DNA from: Longimicrobiales bacterium
Lineage (GTDB): Bacteria; Gemmatimonadota; Gemmatimonadetes; Longimicrobiales; RSA9
NCBI GenBank assembly: GCA_036563975.1
Contig: DATCLK010000025.1
Location: 1-58,959 of the forward strand
Length of the DNA: 58,959 bases
Reading direction: 5' to 3'
Part shown: piece by piece, positions 36,231-45,843 of the stretch
How positions within the stretch are numbered: position 1 is the first letter of the stretch
Layout of the letters: each line of letters begins with the position of its first letter
Translations under genes and position numbers: made by a program
Notes under the pieces: model-generated
Told to the model about the DNA's origin: nothing
What the model saw: the letters and a program-made list of their open reading frames with translations, nothing else
Databases searched by the model: none

Positions 36231-36785
36231 TCACCCCTCGATCAGCTCGCGGTACGGCGCGACGTAAGCGATGCCGTCCCTGATCTCTACGACGAGGACC
36301 GAGGTCCAGGTTTCGCTGTTCTCCGCGGCGCCGTCGAGCGGCCGGGCGAGCAGCTCGATCTCGCGGCCGCCGCGCTGCACGACGATCTTGCCGGCATCGC
36401 CGACGAGCGGGAGCACGACGTTGCCGACGAGGCCGACGAGCGAGCGGTCATCGGGCATCTGGCCGGACGCGGTCCTGCGGAGATAGCCGAAGGCGAGCGC
36501 GCTCACCGCGGCGCAGAGCAGCCCGGTCGCTGCGGCGATGGCGGCCGTGAGCGTGGACGGCGTTCCGGGCCGGAGCCAGCCGAGCAGCACGCCGACCGCG
36601 CCGAACCCCATGAGGAAGTAGGTGACGTTGCGGATCGTGAGGATGTGGAATGCGCCGGCGTCGTGGCTCGAGTCGAGGCCGTCGCCTGCCTCGACGTCGG
36701 CTTCGCCTCCGAAGATGTCGCCCGCGAGGGAGAACAGTGCGAGACCCGCGCCGAGCACGAGCGCGGCCCAGAAGAGCGTCGCCAT
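36231..36785 (-). CDS. NfeD-like membrane protein (flotillin partner)
   Basis: Start MATLFWAALVLGAGLALFSL. Several TM helices followed by a C-terminal soluble OB-like part (VVQRGGREIELLARPLDG). Classic position immediately downstream of the flotillin gene. ATG at 36783-36785. Confidence 0.75.
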   Translation of the reverse strand: MATLFWAALVLGAGLALFSLAGDIFGGEADVEAGDGLDSSHDAGAFHILTIRNVTYFLMGFGAVGVLLGWLRPGTPSTLTAAIAAATGLLCAAVSALAFGYLRRTASGQMPDDRSLVGLVGNVVLPLVGDAGKIVVQRGGREIELLARPLDGAAENSETWTSVLVVEIRDGIAYVAPYRELIEG

Positions 36786-37019
36786 GGGAAGCAAAATAGG
36801 GCGGATCCGGGCGATCGGGCCAGAGAGCGCGTGTCCTCGCCCCCGGCTCGCGGCCGGGGACACCAGGCAGATCACCACGCGAAACGAGTGCGGGGCCCGA
36901 CAACGGATCCGTTCTTGCCCGACAGACGCCAGGGCCGGACATGCCGAAGTTGCGGTTCAGCGGGCAGGTCGGGAAAGGGCGGAGGCGCTCGGCAGGCAAT
37001 CCGTTCGCGGGAGGGCGTC

Positions 37020-37907
37020 ATGGCCGGACTGGAGAAGGTGGTCGTGGGGATCGACTTCAGTGAGGCGTCGCTGGCGGCGGCGCGCTGGACAGCGCACTGG
37101 TTCGCGCCGCAGGCGGAGCTGATCCTGCTGCACGCGCTGGATGCCCCGCGGCCGCCCGCGTTCCTGCAGCCACTGTTGCCGGGGACGGAGGACGTCCTGC
37201 GCGCGGCGCGGGATGGCGCCCTGGGTCGCTTGCGCGAGCTGGCCAACACGTTTCCGTCGCCGCAGACGCGGGTCGAGGTGCGCGAGGGCCGGGCGACGGA
37301 CCAGATCGTGGATGTGGTCGAGGAGACGGGCGCCGACCTCGTCGTGGTGGGCGAGCACGGGCACCGGCGCGGGCTGCGGGATGTGCTGGGCAGCACGGCG
37401 GAGCAGCTCATGCACACCTCTCCCGTGCCGGTGTTGCTCGCGCGGGGCCAGGCGGATGCGGCGCCGCAGCGGGTGCTGGCGCCGGTGGACGAGTCGCCGG
37501 CGGGGGATCGGGTGCTGGAATGGGCGCGGCTGCTGCACGAGCGGTTCGGCGCGCGGGTCACGGCGCTCCACGTGTTGAACGTGCGGCTCTTCTGGCAACT
37601 GCGGCTCGTTTCCTCGGAGACGAAGTGGCAGGAGCTGGGCGAGGAGATGCAGCGCAGCGCGCAGGACTGGCTGCGCGAGCGCGTGCGGGCAGCGGGCTTG
37701 CCTACCGATGCGGTGGACGTGCGGGTCGTGTTCGGCGAGCCGAGCTATGAGATCCTGGCGGGGGCGGCGCGACACGGCTCGGATCTGATCGTGATGGCCA
37801 GCCACGGGGCGGGCGCACTGGGCCGGATCCTGATCGGCAGCGTCGCGCGCTCGGTGCTGCGCGGCGCATCGTGCCCCGTGCTCGTGGTGACGCGCGCGCG
37901 TGATTGA
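37020..37907 (+). CDS. universal stress protein, tandem UspA domains
   Basis: Two USP units (KVVVGIDFSEAS...VVVGEHGHRRG...; RVLAPVDESPAG...IVMASHGAGALGRILIGSVARSVLRGASCPVLVV). ATG at 37020. Confidence 0.85.
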   Translation: MAGLEKVVVGIDFSEASLAAARWTAHWFAPQAELILLHALDAPRPPAFLQPLLPGTEDVLRAARDGALGRLRELANTFPSPQTRVEVREGRATDQIVDVVEETGADLVVVGEHGHRRGLRDVLGSTAEQLMHTSPVPVLLARGQADAAPQRVLAPVDESPAGDRVLEWARLLHERFGARVTALHVLNVRLFWQLRLVSSETKWQELGEEMQRSAQDWLRERVRAAGLPTDAVDVRVVFGEPSYEILAGAARHGSDLIVMASHGAGALGRILIGSVARSVLRGASCPVLVVTRARD

Positions 37908-37977
37908 GCCGCGCGGCCGGGTACGGGCGTTGCGAGCCGGAGCGGCATGCGTTGCCGTGGTGAGGAGGGGATCCGAC

Positions 37978-38652
37978 GTGGACAGACGGTTTCGGGACAG
38001 GACGGAGGCGGGGCGGCAACTGGCCGAGCGGCTGGCGCAGCGGCCCGGACTCGAGGACGCGGTGGTGCTCGCGCTTCCGCGTGGCGGCGTGCCCGTGGGC
38101 TACGAGATCGCGAAGGCGTTGGGTGCAGAGCTGGATGTGATCGTGGTGCGCAAGCTCGGCGTCCCCGGCCAAGAGGAGCTGGCGATGGGGGCGATCGCGA
38201 GTGGCGGCGTGCGCATCATGAACGAGGACGTGGTCGAGATGCTCCACATCCCGGCGGCGGTGATCGAGCGGACCGCGGCGCGTGAGCAGGCGGAGCTGGA
38301 GCGGCGCGAGCGTGCCTACCGAGGCGGGCGGGAGGCACCGCGCGTGAGCGGGCGGCCGGTGATCCTGGTGGACGATGGAGCGGCGACCGGCTCGACGATC
38401 CGTGCGGCGATCCGCGCGGTCCGGCACCAGGGGCCGGAGCGCGTCCTGGTCGCGGTGCCGGTCGCGCCGCCGGAGGTTTGCGAGATGCTGGCGGGCGAGG
38501 CCGATGAAGTCGTGTGCCTGCTCACGCCCGAGCCCTTCATCGCGATCAGCGTGTGGTACGAGAGCTTTCCGCAGCTCGGGGACGATGAGGTCCGCGCGCT
38601 GCTGGCCGAGGCCGCGCGCCCGGCGCGGGAGCGGGGGCCCCGGCCGGCCTGA
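37978..38652 (+). CDS. phosphoribosyltransferase-family protein
   Basis: PRTase type I signature VILVDDGAATGSTIRAAI. GAGGAGGGG RBS 7 nt before the GTG at 37978. The track ORF begins earlier at 37900. Confidence 0.7.
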   Translation: MDRRFRDRTEAGRQLAERLAQRPGLEDAVVLALPRGGVPVGYEIAKALGAELDVIVVRKLGVPGQEELAMGAIASGGVRIMNEDVVEMLHIPAAVIERTAAREQAELERRERAYRGGREAPRVSGRPVILVDDGAATGSTIRAAIRAVRHQGPERVLVAVPVAPPEVCEMLAGEADEVVCLLTPEPFIAISVWYESFPQLGDDEVRALLAEAARPARERGPRPA

Positions 38653-38705
38653 GGGCGGACCGGGCGGGGAGCTCGCGCAGAGGCGCCGGGGCATCACGGG
38701 GAGCG

Positions 38706-38733
38706 GCGGCCTCGCCGGGCGCGGCGAGGCCGC
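38706..38733. terminator. GC hairpin between convergent PRTase and Hsp20 genes
   Basis: Stems gcggcctcgcc / ggcgaggccgc around the loop gggcgc. Only a weak U-tract follows. Confidence 0.3.
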
Positions 38734-38859
38734 TCTGTCTCATGGGGCAGGGGCGCCCAGCCCGGAGCCGGTCGCAGCGCATCTGCCGGGAGGCCGGCGG
38801 CCCCGCGCGTCTCCCTGGCCGCTCCCGCGCGAGACCTCTCTTCCGCGGCGAGAGTCTCT

Positions 38860-39321
38860 CTACTCTCCTTCCACCTCGATGCGCTGGCCTCTCGCCTGCT
38901 GGGACTTGGGCATCTCGACCGTGAGGACGCCTTCCTCGAAGCGCGCGCGGATGCCCTTCGGATCCACGGTGCGGGGCAAGGAGAACGAGCGCTCGAACGT
39001 GCCGTAGCGGCGCTCCCAGATGTGGTAGCGCTTCTCCTTCTCCTCGCGCTCCTCCTTCTTTTCGCCCCTGATGGTGAGGACGCCGTCATCGAGCGTGACC
39101 TGGATGTCCTTGCGCTTCATGCCGGGGAGCTCGGCGGTGAGGACGAGCTTGTCGTCCGTCTCGGTCAGCTCGACGGGGGGAGTCCAGCCGATCATCTCGG
39201 TGAGCGTGCCGGGCGGGACGAACTCGCCGAACGCCCAGCGGCGGAGCCGGTCGTGCAGCTCGTCGATGGCGCGCCACGGCGAGAGCTCGAGCGTCCGGGT
39301 CGGGGTCCGTTCCGTTGCCAT
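38860..39321 (-). CDS. Hsp20/alpha-crystallin family small heat-shock protein
   Basis: Start MATERTPTRTLELSPWRAIDEL. Alpha-crystallin domain (WTPPVELTETDDKLVLTAELPGMKRKDIQVTLDDGVLTIRGEKK...GTFERSFSLP...GVLTVEMPK). GGAGGA RBS. ATG at 39319-39321. Confidence 0.9.
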   Translation of the reverse strand: MATERTPTRTLELSPWRAIDELHDRLRRWAFGEFVPPGTLTEMIGWTPPVELTETDDKLVLTAELPGMKRKDIQVTLDDGVLTIRGEKKEEREEKEKRYHIWERRYGTFERSFSLPRTVDPKGIRARFEEGVLTVEMPKSQQARGQRIEVEGE

Positions 39322-39508
39322 GCGTCCTCCTTCCGTGATCGTGGGTGGATTTGCGCGTTCGCGCGGATGCGGATGCGCAAGGAGTACGCCCACCCGTGTT
39401 CCGGGTCTCCGACAGCAGGCGCGTCGGGGTGCGCGTGTGCGCCGCGCTGCGGGGCACGCGACGTGCGCCGTCGCGCCGTGGCGCATGGCGGACGGAGGTG
39501 ACAGGCCG

Positions 39509-40036
39509 ATGCTCAGGATCCGAGACATCATGACGAGAGGCGTCGTGGTCGTCGCCCCGGACGCGACGCTGCGCGAGGTGGCGGAGGTGCTGGCGGAGCG
39601 GCGGGTCTCCGGCGCGCCGGTGGTCGAGGATGGCAGGGTCGTGGGCGTGATCTCGGCGACGGACCTGATGCGCTTCGAGTCGCCGCTGCCAGGCGCCGGG
39701 TCGCGACGATTGCGCGGGGAGCGAGGCGGGGCGGAGGCGGCGCCCGAGCCGCCGGCGGGCTACTTCGTGGAGTTGTGGGCGGAGCCGGGCGCGGAGGTGC
39801 TCGAGCGGTTCCTCGAGGCCAGGAGCATGGAGGCGGATCCGCTGGACCGGCACACGGCGGGGGAGATCATGACGCGGGACATCGTGTCGTTGCCGCCGGA
39901 CGCGGACGTGCACACCGCCGCCGAGCACATGCTCCGCGAGGGCGTCCACCGGTTGCTGGTGATCGAGGACGGCCGGCTCGAAGGCGTGGTCAGCGCGACG
40001 GACGTGCTGCGTGCCGTGGCGGAGCGGCGAATCTGA
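39509..40036 (+). CDS. CBS-domain pair protein
   Basis: Two CBS motifs (IMTRGVVVVAPDATLREVAEVLAERRVSGAPVVEDGRVVGVISATDL and IMTRDIVSLPPDADVHTAAEHMLREGVHRLLVIEDGRLEGVVSATDV). GGAGGTG RBS. ATG at 39509. Confidence 0.8.
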   Translation: MLRIRDIMTRGVVVVAPDATLREVAEVLAERRVSGAPVVEDGRVVGVISATDLMRFESPLPGAGSRRLRGERGGAEAAPEPPAGYFVELWAEPGAEVLERFLEARSMEADPLDRHTAGEIMTRDIVSLPPDADVHTAAEHMLREGVHRLLVIEDGRLEGVVSATDVLRAVAERRI

Positions 40037-40768
40037 TCACGAGGGCCGGGGCGGAGGCGGGGTCGGCGGATACTGGTGGCGCGTGGAGCGTGCGGGCCCT
40101 GCGAGGTGCTCACCGAACCATTCCGCGGCGAGGCGCGCGACCTCTTCGAGCGCGCCGGGCTCCTCGAACAGGTGGGTCGCACCGGGCACGATCTCGAGCG
40201 CTTTCGGCCCGCGCAGCCGCGCGAGCGCCTGGCGGTTGAGCTCGAGGACGGCGGGATCGAGCTCGCCGACGATGAGCAGCGTGGGGGCGACCACGCGCTC
40301 GAGGGCATCACCGGCCAGGTCGGGGCGGCCGCCGCGGGAGACCACGGCGCGGACGGCTTCGGGACGTTCGGCTGCGGCGATCAGCGCTGCGGCCGCGCCG
40401 GTGCTGGCGCCGAAGGTGCCGATCGGCAGCTCGGCGGTCTCCGGTTGCTCGGCGAGCCAGTCGACGGCGGCGGTGAGTCGGCGGGCGAGCAATGGGATGT
40501 CGAAGCGTAGCTCGCGCGTCACTTCGTCCACGCGCTCTTCCTCTCGCGTGAGCAGGTCCATCAGCAGCGTGGCGAGACCTGCGGCCTGGAGACGCGCGGC
40601 GACGTGGCGGTTGCGCGGGCTGAAGCGGCTGCTGCCGGAGCCGTGCGCGAAGACGACGGCGCCGCGGGATCTTTCGCCCAGCGAGAGGTCGCCGTCGAGG
40701 ACGACTTCGCCCGCGGGGATCCGGACGGGCTGCTCGCCCGTCGTCGCGATGGTTTGGCGACGTTCCAT
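40037..40768 (-). CDS. alpha/beta-hydrolase fold protein (dienelactone-hydrolase-like)
   Basis: VVFAHGSGSSRFSPRN ... nucleophile-elbow-like GASTGAAAAL ... C-terminal His region (PGATHLFEEPG). Confidence 0.7.
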   Translation of the reverse strand: MERRQTIATTGEQPVRIPAGEVVLDGDLSLGERSRGAVVFAHGSGSSRFSPRNRHVAARLQAAGLATLLMDLLTREEERVDEVTRELRFDIPLLARRLTAAVDWLAEQPETAELPIGTFGASTGAAAALIAAAERPEAVRAVVSRGGRPDLAGDALERVVAPTLLIVGELDPAVLELNRQALARLRGPKALEIVPGATHLFEEPGALEEVARLAAEWFGEHLAGPARSTRHQYPPTPPPPRPS

Positions 40769-40769
40769 T

Positions 40770-41063
40770 TCAACGCTCCCGGCCCGGACGGCGTCCCCTG
40801 GCGCGGCCGCGCGCGCGCCGGTGGCCGCCGTGTCGCCTCACCTGCGCCTCCCGCTCCATCTCCCGCTCGCGGGCGCTCTCGGCCTCGGGCTCGGGCGCGG
40901 CGGACGGGATGGGCTGTCGGGTGGGGAGCGCCCCCTCCATCACCCGACTGTAGGTTTCGTCGCGTAGGTCGCCCTCGCGCGGCTCGTTGGGATAGAACTT
41001 GTAGTCCGTCGTCAGCGCTTCGTCCGGCGCGATCCGGTACTGGTCCGGCCGCTTGCCCCCCAT
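40770..41063 (-). CDS. hypothetical small protein
   Basis: The N-terminal 50 aa look protein-like ([51 protein letters not shown]). The C-terminus is Arg-rich. Abuts the hydrolase gene directly: its stop at 40770 lies 1 nt from the hydrolase start at 40768. Confidence 0.35.
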   Translation of the reverse strand: MGGKRPDQYRIAPDEALTTDYKFYPNEPREGDLRDETYSRVMEGALPTRQPIPSAAPEPEAESAREREMEREAQVRRHGGHRRARGRARGRRPGRER

Positions 41064-41270
41064 CGTCCCTCCTTGGTTGGTCCCCTGGATGCCGCGACGC
41101 CGACCCGGCGTCCCTACCGGACCGAAGCATCACGATCCGTACCGCGGCGGCGCGCGCGGCGTGGGCCGTGGCACGGGCACGCCGCGCGCCGGTGCCGGCG
41201 GGCGCGGGAGGCGCGGCGCAGCCGCTCCGTGGCCGCGGACGTGGAGCGTGCGCGCCGGCGGTCGCCGGTC

Positions 41271-42992
41271 TCAGTTCCTCTTGCTGGCCGCGACCTGCTC
41301 TGCCAGTCGCAGCGCGGCGTACGCGTTCACGATGCCGCCCGTGGTGGACATCTCGCCGAAGCGCGTCGTGGCCAGCATCTCGCCCGGCCGCGCGACGGTG
41401 ACGTCGGTGTACCGCGTCGCGGATTCGAGGATGATGCGCTTCACGTCCGCGGCGTCGAGCTCCGGGTAGTACGCCATGATCAGCGCCGCCAGGCCCGTCA
41501 CGACGGGCGCGGCCATGCTGGTTCCGGAGAACGGCCGGTACTGGTCGTCCGGCACCGTCGAGAGGATGTCCACGCCCGGCGCGAACACGTCCACGTGGCC
41601 TGAGCCGTAGTTGCTGAAGGGCGCCGCGAGCCGGTCGCGGCCCTGCCACGAAGAGGCGCCCACCTCGATCCAGAGACGGGCGGTGTCGCCATCCAGGTAG
41701 AAGCGATTGGGGAAGTTCGACGCCGAGCGCAGGTCCTCCCCATCGTTGCCGGCGCCGTGCACCAGCAGCACGCCCTTCTCCTCGGCGTAGCGCACGGCCG
41801 CGTCCACCGCCTCCTTGTGCGGCGAGAAGGACTTGCCGAAGCTCATGTTGATGATGTGCGCGCCGTTGTCGACGGCGTAGCGGATCGCGTTGGCAACGTC
41901 CTTGTCGCGCTCGTCGCCGTCCGGCACCGCGCGGATGACCATGATGCGGACCGCGGGTGCGATGCCGTCGACGCCGAGGCCGTTGCCGCGCACCGCGGCG
42001 ATGATGCCGGCCACGTGCGTGCCGTGCGTGGCGTCGGGTCCCCGCACGTCGCCATTACCGTAGGTGCGCTCGGCGAGATCGGTGGTGTCATCCCCGACGA
42101 GCGGGCGCGGGTTGAACGCGGGGTTGAGGCCGAACTTCTCCAGCGCCTCGAGCCGCTCGAGCTCCTCCTCGATGACCTCCGGCGTGATGCCGTTCTGCGC
42201 GAGCTGGAGGAACGCGGCACGCGCCTGCTGGATGTCCTGGCGCGGCGAAGAAATGGCAGCGACGCGCTCGACGGTGAGCGAATCGGTGCCCAGGTGCTGC
42301 CGGAGGAGGGCGGTGAACCGGTCCATCGCCGACGCCACTCGGCGCACCTGCTGGAGCATCTGCGCCGTTTCTTCGCGCTCGCGGATGTAGGCCGCGCGGA
42401 TCTCGCGGTAACGCTCGTAGGCAGCGCGGGCCTCCGGAGAGAGCGTGTCCGGGTCCGCGCCGGTGAAGCGGACGCTGTCCCGAGCGTAGAGGCGGGTCAC
42501 CTCGTAGGTGTCCTTGTCGACGTGCCGTCCATCCGGCGAACCGATGAAGTTCCAGCCGTGGACGTCGTCGGCGTAGCCGTTGCCGTCATCGTCCCGTCCG
42601 TTGCCGGGGATCTCGTCCTCGTTGACCCAGATGTTGGCCCGCAGGTCCTCGTGATCCGTGTCGATCCCGGAGTCGATGACGCCGACCACGACGGTCCGCC
42701 TCGGCTGCTTGCCGGCCAGCAGCTCGCGGTACGCCCGCTCGACGCTGGCGCCAAAGATGCCGTCAGTGTCGGGATCCTTCAGCCACCAGGCCTCGGGCGC
42801 TGTGGCCGGAGCGTCCGTCGCGCCGGCGGGCGGGGCCTCGCGTGCGGGCGGGGGCGCGGAGGTGGTGGGCTCGGCGGTGCGCGTGGGCCGTTCCGGCGCG
42901 ACGGTGGACGGGCCGTCCGCGGTCCGGGCGGGTGCGCAGGCGCCGATCCCGAGGAGAGCGGCGAGGAACAGAACGGGCAATGGCCTCATCAT
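41271..42992 (-). CDS. S8-family subtilisin-like serine peptidase, lipoprotein or secreted
   Basis: Start MMRPLPVLFLAALLGIGACA. Catalytic triad blocks VGVIDSGID (Asp), HGTHVAGII (His), GTSMAAPVVTG (Ser). Confidence 0.85.
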   Translation of the reverse strand: MMRPLPVLFLAALLGIGACAPARTADGPSTVAPERPTRTAEPTTSAPPPAREAPPAGATDAPATAPEAWWLKDPDTDGIFGASVERAYRELLAGKQPRRTVVVGVIDSGIDTDHEDLRANIWVNEDEIPGNGRDDDGNGYADDVHGWNFIGSPDGRHVDKDTYEVTRLYARDSVRFTGADPDTLSPEARAAYERYREIRAAYIREREETAQMLQQVRRVASAMDRFTALLRQHLGTDSLTVERVAAISSPRQDIQQARAAFLQLAQNGITPEVIEEELERLEALEKFGLNPAFNPRPLVGDDTTDLAERTYGNGDVRGPDATHGTHVAGIIAAVRGNGLGVDGIAPAVRIMVIRAVPDGDERDKDVANAIRYAVDNGAHIINMSFGKSFSPHKEAVDAAVRYAEEKGVLLVHGAGNDGEDLRSASNFPNRFYLDGDTARLWIEVGASSWQGRDRLAAPFSNYGSGHVDVFAPGVDILSTVPDDQYRPFSGTSMAAPVVTGLAALIMAYYPELDAADVKRIILESATRYTDVTVARPGEMLATTRFGEMSTTGGIVNAYAALRLAEQVAASKRN

Positions 42993-43255
42993 GAGGGTTT
43001 CCTCCAGGGGCAAGGTCAGGGCCGCACGAGCACCGCGCGTGCCGCACGCGGGGGCGGCAAGACTTGTACAAGGCAGGCCGGCTCGGGTGCCATCCCGGGC
43101 CGGCCGCACGCTGCGGGGGCCTCATGGCCCGTCGCGTCGACGGGTCGGGCACGGCGACGAGGCGGTCTCCACCGCAGCCCGGCTCCCCGCCCGGAACGGA
43201 GCTTGCGCGGCCGGAGCGCTGCGGCCCTGCCGGGGCTCGACGGGAACGGTGCCTG

Positions 43256-44260
43256 ATGAACGTCGCGTTCTTCGAGATCCAGGAGTCGTGGGAGCGGGAC
43301 CAGCTCATGCGCGAGCTCGGCGCGCACGACCTGGTGATCGAGGAGGCGCCGCTGTCGCCGGAGACCGCGGGACGAGCGCGCGACGCGGAAGCCGTGTCGG
43401 TGTTCATCCGCTCGCGCGTGGACCGCGCCGTGCTCGACCGGCTGCCGCGGCTGCAGTTCGTGACGACGCGGTCCACGGGGTTCGATCACATCGACCTCGA
43501 CGCGTGCCGCGCGCGCGGCATCGTCGTGAGCAACGTGCCGCGCTACGGCGAGAACACGGTGGCGGAGCACACGTTCGGTCTCATCCTCAACCTCTCGCGC
43601 AGGATCCATAAGGCGTACCTGCGTACACGTGCCGGCGACTTCACGCTGAACGGCCTGGAAGGGATGGACCTGCGCGGCAAGCTGCTCGGCGTGGTGGGGG
43701 CCGGCTCGATCGGGCTGCACGTGATTCGGATCGCGCGCGCGTTCGGCATGAACGTGGTGGCGTACGACATCGCGCCGCAGCCGCTCCTCGCGGAAGTGCT
43801 CGGCTTCCGCTACGTCCCTCTGCACGACCTGCTCGGAGCCGCGGATGTCCTGACGCTGCACGCGCCGCTCACGCCGGAGACGCGGCACCTGATGGACCGG
43901 TCACGCTTCGCGCTGATGCGACGCGGCGCGCTGTTCGTCAACACGGCGCGCGGCGCGCTCGTGGACACTGAAGCGTTGCTGTGGGCGCTGGACGAGGGGA
44001 TCGTGGCCGGTGCGGCGCTCGATGTGCTGGAAGGCGAGGAGTTCCTGGCGGAGGAGGAGCACCTGTTCCGCACCGCCGCGTCGGAGTCGCAGCTCAGGCA
44101 ACTGGTCAGCGGGCACCGGCTGCTGGAGCGCGAGAACGTGATCGTGACGCCCCACATGGCCTGGTTCAGCCGCGAGGCCCGGCAGCGCATCCTCATGACG
44201 ACCGTGGAGAACCTCCTCGCCTTCAGCGCCGGCAAACCGCGGAACGTGCTGGCGGCGTGA
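43256..44260 (+). CDS. D-isomer-specific 2-hydroxyacid dehydrogenase (NAD-binding)
   Basis: Rossmann motif GVVGAGSIGLHV. Catalytic region MRRGALFVNTARGALVD...VTPHMAWFS. ATG at 43256. Confidence 0.85.
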   Translation: MNVAFFEIQESWERDQLMRELGAHDLVIEEAPLSPETAGRARDAEAVSVFIRSRVDRAVLDRLPRLQFVTTRSTGFDHIDLDACRARGIVVSNVPRYGENTVAEHTFGLILNLSRRIHKAYLRTRAGDFTLNGLEGMDLRGKLLGVVGAGSIGLHVIRIARAFGMNVVAYDIAPQPLLAEVLGFRYVPLHDLLGAADVLTLHAPLTPETRHLMDRSRFALMRRGALFVNTARGALVDTEALLWALDEGIVAGAALDVLEGEEFLAEEEHLFRTAASESQLRQLVSGHRLLERENVIVTPHMAWFSREARQRILMTTVENLLAFSAGKPRNVLAA

Positions 44261-44378
44261 TCCCGCGCGCGGGCTCGCGTGCCGCGCCCGCGCCGCCGGC
44301 TGTGTCCGCGCTGGCAGCCGCGCCCGGGAGTCGCCGAGGTGGCGGGCGGCCGGTGTGGCGCGCGGGGCCGCGCGACGA

Positions 44379-44822
44379 TCAGGCCGGCCCGTGCGGCTCT
44401 TCCTGAGCGCCGAGCAGCCGCGCGACCTCGGCGTGCGCGAGCACGACGGCCGGGTCGCGCTGGAGCGCCTCGTAGTAGCGGCTCCCGAAGGGCGGCGCGC
44501 CTTGCTCGGGCTGCTTCTCCGTGGGCGTGAGCAGCGAGCGCGTGTGGTGGATGAGGGAGCGGAGGTCGCCCTCGACGGGCGGCTCGGCCTCGTCGAGCAT
44601 TTCGTCGATGCGGACGACCAGCTCCGAGAGCGGGTGCAGCCAGGCGAACCAGGGGTCGTGGATCAGGGCCTGGAGCAGCTCGCCCTTCGAGACGCGGCCG
44701 TGTACGCGCTCGTACTCGACACGCTCGAAATCCACGAGCACCTTGTGCAGGCGCACGAGCGCCCGGCGCAACTCGTGCAGCCGCGCGCGGTGATCTCCGG
44801 CCGCCGGCCGGGTAGAAGACAT
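44379..44822 (-). CDS. hypothetical protein (147 aa)
   Basis: Start MSSTRPAAGDHRARLHELRRALVRLHKVLVDFERVEYERVHG. Helical, protein-like composition. ATG at 44820-44822. Confidence 0.5.
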   Translation of the reverse strand: MSSTRPAAGDHRARLHELRRALVRLHKVLVDFERVEYERVHGRVSKGELLQALIHDPWFAWLHPLSELVVRIDEMLDEAEPPVEGDLRSLIHHTRSLLTPTEKQPEQGAPPFGSRYYEALQRDPAVVLAHAEVARLLGAQEEPHGPA

Positions 44823-45160
44823 GGACGGGCTCCGTTTCGCTAGACGAAGGATCCCGGAGCCGAGCCGTGATCGCGTGCTGCGGGCCCCGGCCCCGGACCG
44901 TGCGCATATTGGATCGGGAGGCGACGCCCGGCAACGTCCGCGCCGCCACGCCACACGCAACGGCGCGGGACGCGTCAGGGCGGGGAGGCACGGTGCCGGG
45001 CCGCAGGAATCCGGGCGATCGGCCCGGGCTACGCGCGGGCTGGCGGCGAGCCGCGCTCGCGGGGCCGGGTGGCACGGCTGCGTTCGGACCGGAACGGCGC
45101 CCGCGCCGCCCGCGGCGATGGCGAGTGCGGCCAGATGCTCGAACGGAGGGAGAGGAGACC

Positions 45161-45376
45161 ATGGCGATCGCGACGTTGAAGATCCAGGGAATGCACTGCG
45201 ACCACTGCGTGCGTGCGGTGACGGCGGCGCTGGAGCAGCTGGATGGCGTGCGTGAGGCGCGGGTGGACCTCAGCCAGGGTCGCGCGGTGGTCGAGTACGA
45301 CGAGGCCCGCGTGACGACGCGGCAGCTCGTGGGCGCCGTGATGGACGAGGGCTACACGGCCGAGGAGATGGCATGA
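45161..45376 (+). CDS. heavy-metal-associated (HMA) domain protein, CopZ-like metallochaperone
   Basis: MAIATLKIQGMHCDHCVRAVTAALEQLDGV, with the MxCxxC motif. GGAGGGAGAGGAG RBS. Confidence 0.8.
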   Translation: MAIATLKIQGMHCDHCVRAVTAALEQLDGVREARVDLSQGRAVVEYDEARVTTRQLVGAVMDEGYTAEEMA

Positions 45377-45648
45377 CGCAAGCATCGCGGACCACCGAGT
45401 CCATGAACCCGGACTATGCCGCGATGCGGGACATCATGCACCAGATCCGGGACCGGCTGACGGTGCCGGATCGGGCCAAGCTCGCGGTCGGCCTCGTCGG
45501 GCACCTCGCCACGATGATGAACCGGCACCAGATGGCGAAGCTGCTCGACCAGCTCCGGGACGAGGCGGAGCGCGTGCAGGACGTCCCGCCGCTCCGGCAC
45601 CGCCCTGACGTGGATCGCGAGATCGAGGAGCGGCTGTTCGGGGGGTGA
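45373..45648 (+). CDS. hypothetical small protein (91 aa)
   Basis: The start overlaps the CopZ stop (ATGA). Protein-like composition. Confidence 0.5.
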   Translation: MTQASRTTESMNPDYAAMRDIMHQIRDRLTVPDRAKLAVGLVGHLATMMNRHQMAKLLDQLRDEAERVQDVPPLRHRPDVDREIEERLFGG

Positions 45649-45843
45649 GCCCGGCCTTCGCCGCGGCGGCTCCAACCCCCGCGTGAGCCCGGCGCCCCGC
45701 GCGAGTCCGTGCTCTCGGGTGAGCCCCGGCCCTCGCGCCCGCCCCACCGAACCTGCGCGCCGTTCCGCGCACCCGGCCCGAGTCGTGCAGGGCGCCCTGG
45801 CGTCCGCGGCTGCGGAACCGGCGGAAGCGACCGGAGGGCGCGT

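Noticed and set aside
43064-43255. Upstream in-frame extension of the 2-hydroxyacid dehydrogenase ORF
   Set aside because: The extension is Arg/Pro/Gly-rich, and the conserved enzyme N-terminus begins at MNVAFFEI.
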